Below the pieces are notes generated by a model. It did no database searches and had not been told where the DNA came from. It was given only the letters and a program-made list of their open reading frames with translations. A stretch of DNA of 64,000 bases. Origin: Ferruginibacter sp. GTDB lineage: Bacteria; Bacteroidota; Bacteroidia; Chitinophagales; Chitinophagaceae. The stretch covers positions 139,131 to 203,130 of the forward strand of contig JBBAQB010000001.1 of assembly GCA_040400515.1 (NCBI GenBank). Direction: 5' to 3'. Shown here piece by piece: positions 45,656 through 54,688 of the stretch. Numbering within the stretch: position 1 is the first letter of the stretch; every line of letters begins with the position of its first letter. Made by a program: the position numbers and the translations under genes.

Positions 45656-47377
45656 ATGCAAAAGATTATCGATCAGAATGTAAATAAATGGCTTAATGGG
45701 AATTATGACGAAGCCACAAAGGAAGGAATCGTAAAACTGCAGCAGGAAGATCCGGATGGATTGGCCGATTCCTTTTATCAGAATCTTGAGTTTGGTACCG
45801 GAGGACTTAGAGGAATTATGGGAATAGGTACCAATCGTATAAACAAATATACCATTGGCATGGCCACACAGGGATATGCAAATTATTTAAAAAAGTGTTT
45901 TGGCGATCATGTGAGTGTTGCTGTAGCCCATGACTGTAGAAATAACAGCAGAACATTTGCAGAAATAACGGCGAATGTTTTTGCGGCCAATGGCATAAAA
46001 GTATATTTATTTGAAAGCCTACGCCCCACACCTGAATTAAGTTTTGCCATTCGACATTACAAATGCCAGGGCGGTGTGGTTTGCACGGCAAGCCACAACC
46101 CAAAAGAGTACAATGGTTACAAAGCTTATTGGGACGATGGTGCGCAAATGGTTGCACCACACGACAAAAATGTAATAACAGAAGTTGAAAAAATTGCAGA
46201 AGTTGATGAAGTAAAATGGTCCGGCGGCGAACAACATATAACTAGCATTGGTAAAGAAACAGATGCTTTGTATCTTGAAATGGTGAAGGGTTTAAGCATT
46301 GATCCTGATGTATGCGCAAAACAGCATGATCTTAAAATTGTATATACACCAATACATGGTACAGGTATTATGCTCGTGCCCGATGCGCTAAAATTATATG
46401 GGTTCGATAATGTGCATATAGTGCAGGATCAGGCTACACCTGATGGAAACTTCCCTACAGTAGCCTATCCAAACCCTGAAGAAAAGGAAACAATGAGTAT
46501 GGGTCTTGCGCAAGCCCAAAAGTTAGATGCAGATATTTTGCTGGGTACTGACCCTGATTCAGACAGGGTAGGTATTGGTGTTAAAAACGACAAGGGCGAT
46601 TGGATATTGATGAATGGGAACCAAACTGCTTTACTGGCTTTTAATTACATGATAGAAGCACGCAAAGCAAAAGGAATAGCGGAGTCAAATGATATGGTAA
46701 TAAAGACAATTGTTACCACAGATATGATTGATAAAATTGCCAATAGAAGCGGTGTTGCCTGTTACAATGTGCTCACAGGGTTTAAATGGATAGCATCGCT
46801 TATAGCAGCGAAAGAAGGTAAAGAAAACTATATTATCGGGGGAGAAGAAAGTTTTGGCTTAATGATAGGAGACAAAATCAGGGATAAGGATGCTGTGAGT
46901 GCTGTAGCTCTTTTATGCGAAATGGCAGCGTATGAAAAAAACAAAGGAAAAAGTTTATTTGATAAATTGTTAGACTTATATGTAGAATATGGTTTTTACA
47001 AAGAAAACCTCATCAGCATAACCAAAAAGGGAATGAATGGCGCTGCAGAAATTGCTGCAATGATGGAAGGTTATAGAAAAAATCCCCCGGTAAAAATTTG
47101 TGGTACTGCAGTACAAAACTTGCTAGATTATGAATTGCAAAAAGGTAAAAACTTATTAACAGGTGAAGAATGGGACATTGATTTACCAAAGAGCAATGTA
47201 TTGCAATTTGAACTGGCAGATGGTACAAAAATATCTGCAAGACCAAGTGGCACAGAACCAAAAATAAAATTTTATTTTAGTGTGAACGAGCCACTAGTGA
47301 GTGTAGCAAAATTTCATGAAACAGAAAAAATACTAGACGATAAAATTGAAGCTATAATAAAAGATTTAAAATTATAA
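45656..47377 (+). CDS. Phosphoglucomutase/phosphomannomutase family protein
   Basis: 573-aa ORF with the active-site CTASHNPKEYNGYK, the metal loop GTDPDSDR, the sugar loop GGEESFG and the phosphate loop RPSGTEPK. Confidence 0.9.
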   Translation: MQKIIDQNVNKWLNGNYDEATKEGIVKLQQEDPDGLADSFYQNLEFGTGGLRGIMGIGTNRINKYTIGMATQGYANYLKKCFGDHVSVAVAHDCRNNSRTFAEITANVFAANGIKVYLFESLRPTPELSFAIRHYKCQGGVVCTASHNPKEYNGYKAYWDDGAQMVAPHDKNVITEVEKIAEVDEVKWSGGEQHITSIGKETDALYLEMVKGLSIDPDVCAKQHDLKIVYTPIHGTGIMLVPDALKLYGFDNVHIVQDQATPDGNFPTVAYPNPEEKETMSMGLAQAQKLDADILLGTDPDSDRVGIGVKNDKGDWILMNGNQTALLAFNYMIEARKAKGIAESNDMVIKTIVTTDMIDKIANRSGVACYNVLTGFKWIASLIAAKEGKENYIIGGEESFGLMIGDKIRDKDAVSAVALLCEMAAYEKNKGKSLFDKLLDLYVEYGFYKENLISITKKGMNGAAEIAAMMEGYRKNPPVKICGTAVQNLLDYELQKGKNLLTGEEWDIDLPKSNVLQFELADGTKISARPSGTEPKIKFYFSVNEPLVSVAKFHETEKILDDKIEAIIKDLKL

Positions 47378-47385
47378 CGAAGAGT

Positions 47386-47416
47386 AAAGAGCCGCATGTT
47401 TTGCGGCTCTTTTGTT
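47386..47416 (+). terminator. Intrinsic terminator of the phosphosugar mutase gene
   Basis: 11-bp stem AAAGAGCCGCA / TGCGGCTCTTT with a 5-nt loop and a T-rich tail, 9 nt after the stop. Confidence 0.85.
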
Positions 47417-47611
47417 TATGTGAAAGTTTTTTGAAGTAAACTCAGCCAAAAATAATTTTTATAAAAATGTACCATATTGTTCAAAGGGCTTATCCTAAAA
47501 AAACCAAATTAAAACCCCTTTTACATTTGGTGAAAATTGCCAAACAAACAACGTGCTAATTTAATTGCGGCAATTTTTAAAATGATGAAGAAGCATAAAT
47601 CACCATTTTTT

Positions 47612-49870
47612 CTACTCTCTCACATATTTATTTTTAATAACCTGCCCAGAGTTGGTTAATTGGTTTGTTCCTAACAAATGCGATGCCCTTACTTCATCTG
47701 TATATTCAATTAAAATTTTATTACTGTTGCAGTTGGTAAACAAATTGTTTTGTATAAGAGATTGTTGAACGCCGTGTAAACTTATTAGGCCTTTTGCAGA
47801 AGAATTATTAGTACAGGAACTTACCTCATTGTTTTCGAAAATTATTTTTGGTCCCATGGTACTTTCGTCCGTACCTGATCTCACCACATTCAATATTTCT
47901 CCATCATTGTTGCTAAAAATACATTTGTTGATTTTCATTTTTTCTACAGCATAATAACCTTTTTTGTCTGTTTCCTGTGCCAGATTAAAGATGCTGCCCT
48001 TGCCGTTATTAAAGGTCGTTTCATTAATGATCATACTGTCGCACACAGCAGATTTGCTTGCATACAAAAAAGTACCCTGGTAGTTTTCTACTTTGCAGTT
48101 ATCCATTTTAAAATTTAAATGGTTGCTTGGTGCGGAAGTATCGGTACAGATAAAACTCTTGCTTTTTACTTCTGAAAGATTAAGATTAATATTTTTAAAA
48201 GATAAATTACTGCTTGCATTTAGTAAAAACAAAAATGGTTGATTGGTAGATTGGAAAATAAATTTTATTGATTCTTTATTTTTGGTTGAGATGGAGACGT
48301 TGTTTAACACCGGTAAACTTTCTGTAAAAGAATACTCATTTTCTGTCAATATAATATTCACTTTTTTATTACCGACAGCACTCAGATATGCTTTTAATTC
48401 ATTTGCACTTTTACAGGTTACAAATATTTCTTTTTCAGTTGAAGTAAATGTTTTTTCAAACCATTTCGCCCCACAATTGTTTATTGCATTTTGTTGAATA
48501 GATTGTAAAAGTTTTTCATTTTTAAAACCACTTTGTTGGCTTAATGGCAATGAAAGCCTTTGCTTAGCGAATGTTTGCAAAGAATCAACAATTAATTTAT
48601 TGTTTGTTTTAATAGTTGAAGGAAAAGTAATTGTTGCTGATTTACCCATTGGAAAATTAACCCTTGTAAAACCGGCAAACAACTGTTGATTAACTTTTTT
48701 ATTTATAAAATTTTGACTGAATGAAATCCCTTTCACATCATCAAATACTTTGTATAAAAGGCTGTCTTTTGTGTTGTAAATAATATTATTTGCGAAAATT
48801 GTATTTGTAGGTGGGAGCGTTCTTTCCATATCGCTGCCTTCACAAAAACTGATGGGAGCACATTCAATAAATGTATTGCCATAAATGACTGCATCACTGA
48901 CCGCCACGTATCTAAAAGCGGGGGAGTTGGGTATGCCGTTCATAATAGCCAATGGCGCACGAAAACCTTCACCTCGGCATTTATAAAGCAAATTATTTAC
49001 GACCCATTGTCCGTTATTGATAACGCGTACACCTCCGGTTCCTTCTTTATCGTTGCCTAAAAAAATATTGTTTTCTATTGTATTAAAATTTCCGTGTCTT
49101 AGTACAACTGAGCCCTGGCATTCTTTAAACAGGTTATTTCTAACAACATTTGAGCCTGACTTTAGAGAAATGATTTCAGTTTCACCATCGCAATTCTCAA
49201 AAAAGTTATCTGTTATTTGGGTATTGGAGTTAAACTCGCAATGTTGCGAAACACCCACTCTTATTATTTCTCCTGCGTTAGAAGCAAGCGGTATTCGAAC
49301 CCCAAAATAATTATGATCAATAGAATGAAAGTTCTCCTGGCTTCTTTCATCATCCAAAATAACAGCTATTAAAACAGCTATATTTTTCTTGTTTAAAAAA
49401 CCGCATTTTGTAATAATGTTGTGTTTGCCATACAGCTCAATCCAATAATTTTCATCTAATCTTTTAGGGTTATTAAAATCGTTAATCACCGTGTTTTTTA
49501 CCGTGCAGTAGTTAGCTGTTTTGTTATTTGCTTTAAAAGTGATTATGGCATTTTTACCTGAGAACCCATTAGTAAAATACAAGCCATCAACGATAATGTA
49601 ACTGCCGCCAATGCTCAGTTTAGAATTGCCTGTAATAATAACTTTACCACCTGTAGCTGCCTTAAAAGTGATGGGCGATTTTGCTGTACCGTCGCAATCC
49701 AATATTATATTTACATTGCTCCATTCAGCATTTTGTAACTCAATAGTATCTCCTGGTTTTGCATTTTTATTTGCGGCATTAAGTTCAATTATATCTTTTA
49801 CTTTAATAGTAGTAGCAAAAGACGAAAATGTGAATACAGAAATAACTACTGTAAGGGTGATTTTTAGCAT
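47612..49870 (-). CDS. Polysaccharide lyase family 6 (alginate/chondroitinase-B-type), two-domain parallel beta-helix
   Basis: 752-aa ORF with a signal peptide. The PL6 blocks are ENYWIELYGKHNIITKCGF and GETEIISLKSGSNVVRNNLFKECQGSVVLRHGNFNTIENNIFLG. It is paralogous to 60459..62567. Confidence 0.8.
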   Translation of the reverse strand: MLKITLTVVISVFTFSSFATTIKVKDIIELNAANKNAKPGDTIELQNAEWSNVNIILDCDGTAKSPITFKAATGGKVIITGNSKLSIGGSYIIVDGLYFTNGFSGKNAIITFKANNKTANYCTVKNTVINDFNNPKRLDENYWIELYGKHNIITKCGFLNKKNIAVLIAVILDDERSQENFHSIDHNYFGVRIPLASNAGEIIRVGVSQHCEFNSNTQITDNFFENCDGETEIISLKSGSNVVRNNLFKECQGSVVLRHGNFNTIENNIFLGNDKEGTGGVRVINNGQWVVNNLLYKCRGEGFRAPLAIMNGIPNSPAFRYVAVSDAVIYGNTFIECAPISFCEGSDMERTLPPTNTIFANNIIYNTKDSLLYKVFDDVKGISFSQNFINKKVNQQLFAGFTRVNFPMGKSATITFPSTIKTNNKLIVDSLQTFAKQRLSLPLSQQSGFKNEKLLQSIQQNAINNCGAKWFEKTFTSTEKEIFVTCKSANELKAYLSAVGNKKVNIILTENEYSFTESLPVLNNVSISTKNKESIKFIFQSTNQPFLFLLNASSNLSFKNINLNLSEVKSKSFICTDTSAPSNHLNFKMDNCKVENYQGTFLYASKSAVCDSMIINETTFNNGKGSIFNLAQETDKKGYYAVEKMKINKCIFSNNDGEILNVVRSGTDESTMGPKIIFENNEVSSCTNNSSAKGLISLHGVQQSLIQNNLFTNCNSNKILIEYTDEVRASHLLGTNQLTNSGQVIKNKYVRE

Positions 49871-49986
49871 GGTGATATATTTGAAAAAATTATTTATGAT
49901 TCTAATTAAATGCGTGTGCGCCTACCCAAGAAAAAAAGTAAGTAAAGTATTATCAATTCAAAATAATTCTGCAGCACTTCTGCAAT

Positions 49987-51006
49987 TTACTTTCTACTCC
50001 TGTCTGATGATTCCCTTACAAAGAGCTTCGGTTTTAATATTTTTTCTACATGACTCATATCTTCACTGCTGTGCATGGTTTCAATAAAAAGTTTTGCTGC
50101 AACCTTGCCCAGTTCAAAAGCAGGTTGCTCCACACTTGTTATGCTTGGCGATAAAAGACTTACCACCGGCTCATTGTTAAAGCCAACCAAACCTATGTCT
50201 TCGGGCATTCGCAAACCTTTCTTTTTTATAGCGAGCATGGCACCTATGGCCATTCTATCACTTATTGTAAAAATAGCGTCGGGTCTTTTTTTCATAGACA
50301 GCAATTCCTGCGTAGCAAAATAGGCATAATCCTGGTTAAAATCGCAGTGAAAAATAAGGCTTTCGTCCGCTTTAATTTTATATTTTTTCAATGCATTTAA
50401 ATAACCCTGCATCCGGCTGTTGCTTACTCCCAAATTTTCAGGGCCGGCTAGTATGGCAATTCTTTTATAACCCTGTTCAATTAAATGTTCGGTTGCAATA
50501 AATCCACCTTCTTCATTGTCTAACCGCACACTTGGTGCTTTTAAATGGGGGGTTATTCTGTCAAAAACCACCATCGGTAAATCCCTTTCCTGTATCTTTT
50601 TAAAATGATCAAAAATTTTCGTTTCGCTGGAAACAGAAACAATAAAACCATCAACTAAACTTTCTGACAGTCGCTTAGTATTCACAATCTCCCGTCCGAA
50701 TGATTCATTGCTCTGGCAAACCATCACCGTGTAACCCGCTTCCAGTGCCACTTCATCAATACCACGTACCATCATCGATAATACATAATCCAGGTTGGGA
50801 ACAATGACCCCAATTGTATGTGTTTGCTTTTGCCTTAAACTAACTGCTAGTTGGTTAGGCTGGTAATTCAGCTTTTGCGAAAGCTCCGTAACTGTATTTT
50901 TTGTAGCAGCACTAATATCCGGTGCATTGCGCAATGCTCTTGATACGGTAGATATTGAAATGTTCAGTGTTTTGGCGATGTCTTTAATGGTAGCAGGTTT
51001 GCTCAA
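49987..51006 (-). CDS. LacI-family transcriptional regulator
   Basis: 339-aa ORF with an N-terminal HTH (ATIKDIAKTLNISISTVSRALRN) and a periplasmic-binding-protein-like sugar-sensor domain. Confidence 0.9.
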   Translation of the reverse strand: MSKPATIKDIAKTLNISISTVSRALRNAPDISAATKNTVTELSQKLNYQPNQLAVSLRQKQTHTIGVIVPNLDYVLSMMVRGIDEVALEAGYTVMVCQSNESFGREIVNTKRLSESLVDGFIVSVSSETKIFDHFKKIQERDLPMVVFDRITPHLKAPSVRLDNEEGGFIATEHLIEQGYKRIAILAGPENLGVSNSRMQGYLNALKKYKIKADESLIFHCDFNQDYAYFATQELLSMKKRPDAIFTISDRMAIGAMLAIKKKGLRMPEDIGLVGFNNEPVVSLLSPSITSVEQPAFELGKVAAKLFIETMHSSEDMSHVEKILKPKLFVRESSDRSRK

Positions 51007-51056
51007 GCGTTTCGTTTTTATTAGGTTATAAATTTACCACATTAAAGTTTACGAAA

Positions 51057-51092
51057 TGTTCGGTACCGTTTCCGTTAACGTTACCGAAACTT
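51057..51092. promoter_or_regulatory. Candidate LacI-family operator region (CG-centred short palindromes)
   Basis: The sequence is TGTTCGGTACCGTTTCCGTTAACGTTACCGAAACT. It holds two perfect 8-bp palindromes (CGGTACCG and CGTTAACG) and the imperfect dyad GTTCGGTACCGTT / AACGTTACCGAAAC, 50 nt upstream of the LacI start in the divergent gap. Confidence 0.3.
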
Positions 51093-51301
51093 AAATATTA
51101 GACGATGACTAAATATTTGCTTAATATTTTAATTTATTTCTAATATTCTGCTAAAATATTTAATATTATAGAAGTAGGTATTTATTCGTTCTCACCGATA
51201 ACTCTTGTAATATTACAGCAACGCTTAAGCTTGTGTAAAGTAATTATGTACTCAACATCAAATTATTGTTATTTATCAGTCCTTTTATTTTGTAGAAATG
51301 T

Positions 51302-52048
51302 ATGTATAATAAAGTAGCCGTTGTCACCGGAGGTTCTCGAGATATTGGGAAACAAGTTTCACTCAAACTTGCAGCAGCAGGTGTAAAAGTTTGTCTAAAT
51401 TTTTTTGGCAATAAACAATTGGCTGACGATACTGTTGCTGAAATAGAAAGTAACGGTGGAGAAGCAATTGCTGTATATGCAGATGTTACAAAAAGTACCG
51501 ATGTACAAAATTTAATAAAGGAATGTATGACCGCTTACGGCGATACTATCCATATTTTAGTAAATGTTGCCGGCGGTATGATGGGTAGAAAAGATTTGCA
51601 AGATATTGATGAAGCTTTTTGGGATAGTGTGATGGATGTTAATTTAAAGTCTGTTTATTTGGTAACAAAGGAAACAGTTCCTTATATGAAAGATGGTGGA
51701 GCAATCGTAAACTTTTCATCGCAGGCGGCGAGAGATGGTGGAGGCTTTGGTGCATTGGCATACTCTGCTGCGAAAGGTGGCGTACTAACACTTACAAGAG
51801 GGCTTGCAAAAAATCTTGGACCAAAAGGCATACGGGTAAATTGTGTATCGCCCGGCCTAATTAATACGACTTTCCACGATAAATTTACCAAACCCGAAGT
51901 GCGTACCAATGTGGCAGCAGCCAACCCATTGAAGAGAGAAGGCGAAGCCGCTGAGGTTGCAGATTTGGTTGTCTTTCTTGCCGGAGAAAGTTCGTCATTC
52001 ATAAATGGAGAAAGTGTTGAAATAAACGGTGGCAGTTACTTTGTATAA
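51302..52048 (+). CDS. Short-chain dehydrogenase/reductase (KduD / DEH-reductase-like)
   Basis: 248-aa ORF with VTGGSRDIG, NVAGG and the catalytic YSAAK. It is the first gene of the PUL operon. Confidence 0.85.
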   Translation: MYNKVAVVTGGSRDIGKQVSLKLAAAGVKVCLNFFGNKQLADDTVAEIESNGGEAIAVYADVTKSTDVQNLIKECMTAYGDTIHILVNVAGGMMGRKDLQDIDEAFWDSVMDVNLKSVYLVTKETVPYMKDGGAIVNFSSQAARDGGGFGALAYSAAKGGVLTLTRGLAKNLGPKGIRVNCVSPGLINTTFHDKFTKPEVRTNVAAANPLKREGEAAEVADLVVFLAGESSSFINGESVEINGGSYFV

Positions 52049-52070
52049 TTTTATAATAATTAAAATAGCA

Positions 52071-54269
52071 ATGATTAAATTTTTTTACATATTTCTTTTT
52101 GCAATTCTCTCTTATTCAAGCTACGCACAACAGCACCCAGCAGCTTTTTTTACAAAGGCTGAGGCTGTTGGAGTGAAAGCTGGTATTAACAAATATCCGC
52201 TGCTCACAAAATCATTTGCAGATATAAAAAAGGAAGTAGATGTTTATATTGGTAAGGATGTAGATGTGCCTTTCCCAAAAGATGCCGCAGGTGGATACAC
52301 GCATGACAGGCATAAAAATAATTACACCTTAATGTTTAGCAGTGGTGTTTTGTACAATCTTACAGGCGATGAAAAATATGCAACATTGGTAAAAAATATG
52401 TTGCTTAAATATGCCGTACTTAATCCTACTTTAAAAAACCATCCACAAGCAACCAGCAATTTCCCTGGCCGCTTATTTTGGCAGGCATTGAATGATGCCA
52501 ACTGGATGTTATATGCAGGTTTGGCTTACGATTTAATTTACAGTTCACTTTCAGTAGCTGATAGAAAAAAAATAGAAATAGGCGCTTTTAAACCTGAGGT
52601 TGATTATGTAACAAAAGATTTAAAGGATTGGTTTAACCTATTGCACAATCATGCGGTTTGGGCATGTGCCGGTGTTGGTGTGATAGGGATTGCGAGCAAT
52701 AACCAAGATTACATTGACATGGCTTTGTATGGAACAGAAAAAGATAAAAAGAGTGGTTTCATTGCACAAATGGACAATCTTTTTTCTCCCGATGGTTATT
52801 ACACAGAAGGTCCGTATTATGTACGTTATGCTATTTTACCTTACATGCTTTTTGCCACCGCAATAAATAATACAAACCCATCTTTAAAAATATTTGAACA
52901 CCGCAACAGCATCTTGCAAAAAGCATTGATTACCTGCTTGCAACAAACCAACACCAATGGTAGTTTTTTTCCGCTAAACGATGCAATTAAAGATAAAGAT
53001 TATACAAGCAATGAACTCGTTACTGCATTAAGTATTGCCTGGAAAGCCTATGGCAAAAATGAAGGCTTATTAACTGTTGCAAAAAAACAGAACCGTGTAA
53101 TATTAAGCAAAGGCGGCTTAGAAATTGCCGCAGCAATTGCTTCTAATAAAGCCATACCAATAAATTTTCCTTATAAAACAATTGAGAGTGCTGATGGTAT
53201 AAAAGGTGATGAAGGCGGCATTAGTATTTTAAGAAATGGAACCACAGACAATCTTACATCACTTGTTTTTAAATACGCTTCGCAGGGTATGGGGCATGGG
53301 CATTTTGACAGACTTAATCTAAATATTTTTGATAAGGGGAACGAAATTTTACAAGACTATGGTTCAGCCCGGTTTATAGGAATTGAACAAAAATATGGCG
53401 GCCGATACTTACCGGAAAATACTTCTTACGCTGCACAATCCATTGCACATAATACTGTGGTGGTAGATGAAATGAGTCATTTTAACGGCGATGCAAAAGT
53501 GGGAGAGAAGTACCATTCACAAAAACTTTTTTCGGATATAACCAACCCAAAAGTACTTGCTGTGGCTGCCTCAGAAAACAATGCGTACGAGAAGGTACAA
53601 ATGCAAAGAGGATTGTACATGATTGAATTGCCTGGTAATAAAAAGTTTGTGATTGATATTTTTAAAGTTGCTTCGCCTGATGAACACCAGTACGATTTGC
53701 CATTTCAATATAACGGACAATTAATAAGTACCTCTTTTAAATATACTGCCAACACTAAAAAGCAGGAAACACTCGGTGCGAAAAACGGTTACCAGTTTTT
53801 GTGGAAAGAAGCAGAAGCAAAAGTGCAGGATACGATTGCTCAGTTTACTATTCTAAATAAAAATTCCTTTTATACAATTTCGTCATTAATAGATGGGCAA
53901 GCAGAAATATTTTTAACCAGTACAGGTGCAAACGACCCAAATTTTAATGTAAGAAAAGAACCTTCCTACATTATCAGAAAAAAAGCAACTAATCAAATAT
54001 TTTTAAATATTTTTGAAATACATGGTGATTATGATCCGGTACTTGAACTTTCATCAAACGCCTATTCAACTGTGCAGCAGCTGAAAATATTGCAAAACGA
54101 TGAAGATTTTACGGTGGCTCAGATTACCATTGATAATAAAAAATTACAAGTGATACAATGCAATAAAAATGTTGATAAAAACACCAATCATAATTTAAAA
54201 ATAGGGGATAAAACCATTGAATGGAAAGGGCCATTCACCATTATTTACGACGAAAAAAAATACAATTAA
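52071..54269 (+). CDS. PL17-type oligoalginate lyase (alginate-lyase N-domain + heparinase II/III-like C-domain)
   Basis: Signal peptide is MIKFFYIFLFAILSYSSYAQQ. FPKDAAGGYTHDRHKNNY matches the PL17 (Alg17c-type) PKDAGGGYTHEQHKRNY block, and the later HGHFDRLN is a heparinase II/III-like motif. The start is moved to ATG 52071. Confidence 0.85.
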   Translation: MIKFFYIFLFAILSYSSYAQQHPAAFFTKAEAVGVKAGINKYPLLTKSFADIKKEVDVYIGKDVDVPFPKDAAGGYTHDRHKNNYTLMFSSGVLYNLTGDEKYATLVKNMLLKYAVLNPTLKNHPQATSNFPGRLFWQALNDANWMLYAGLAYDLIYSSLSVADRKKIEIGAFKPEVDYVTKDLKDWFNLLHNHAVWACAGVGVIGIASNNQDYIDMALYGTEKDKKSGFIAQMDNLFSPDGYYTEGPYYVRYAILPYMLFATAINNTNPSLKIFEHRNSILQKALITCLQQTNTNGSFFPLNDAIKDKDYTSNELVTALSIAWKAYGKNEGLLTVAKKQNRVILSKGGLEIAAAIASNKAIPINFPYKTIESADGIKGDEGGISILRNGTTDNLTSLVFKYASQGMGHGHFDRLNLNIFDKGNEILQDYGSARFIGIEQKYGGRYLPENTSYAAQSIAHNTVVVDEMSHFNGDAKVGEKYHSQKLFSDITNPKVLAVAASENNAYEKVQMQRGLYMIELPGNKKFVIDIFKVASPDEHQYDLPFQYNGQLISTSFKYTANTKKQETLGAKNGYQFLWKEAEAKVQDTIAQFTILNKNSFYTISSLIDGQAEIFLTSTGANDPNFNVRKEPSYIIRKKATNQIFLNIFEIHGDYDPVLELSSNAYSTVQQLKILQNDEDFTVAQITIDNKKLQVIQCNKNVDKNTNHNLKIGDKTIEWKGPFTIIYDEKKYN

Positions 54270-54293
54270 TTAAACAAAATATAAATATTTTTT

Positions 54294-54641
54294 ATGGATA
54301 CAAAAGAATTGACAACCGTATTTATTGAAAACGACGATGTAGCTTGGGAAACAGTAGCAGAAGGGATTCGCAGAAAAATTATGAGTTTTGACGAAAGGGT
54401 GATGATGGTAAAAGTGGATTTTGAAAAAGGTGCAATAGGTGTTTTGCACCAACATTATCATACACAAATATCTCATGTGGAAAGTGGCGTTTTCGAAGTA
54501 GAAGTAAGCGGCGAAAAAAAGATTTTAAAAGCGGGAGATGCTTTTCATATTCCCCCTAATATTTTACATGGTGCAGTTTGTCTTGAAGCTGGTATGTTGA
54601 TAGACATTTTTAGCCCAATGAGGGAAGATTTTATAAAATAG
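54294..54641 (+). CDS. kdgF: KdgF-like cupin (unsaturated uronate linearisation)
   Basis: 115-aa cupin with HQHYHTQISHVESGVFEV and a later H, forming the metal-binding His cluster. It is positioned inside a uronate PUL. Confidence 0.7.
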   Translation: MDTKELTTVFIENDDVAWETVAEGIRRKIMSFDERVMMVKVDFEKGAIGVLHQHYHTQISHVESGVFEVEVSGEKKILKAGDAFHIPPNILHGAVCLEAGMLIDIFSPMREDFIK

Positions 54642-54688
54642 ATTATTTTTAACCAAACCAACGATTTAAAACTAACAAAACTGCTATT

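Noticed and set aside
47585-47662. 25-codon mini-ORF (MMKKHKSPFF..) overlapping the 3' end of the PL6 gene
   Set aside because: It is too short, overlaps a convergent CDS, and has no supporting signal.
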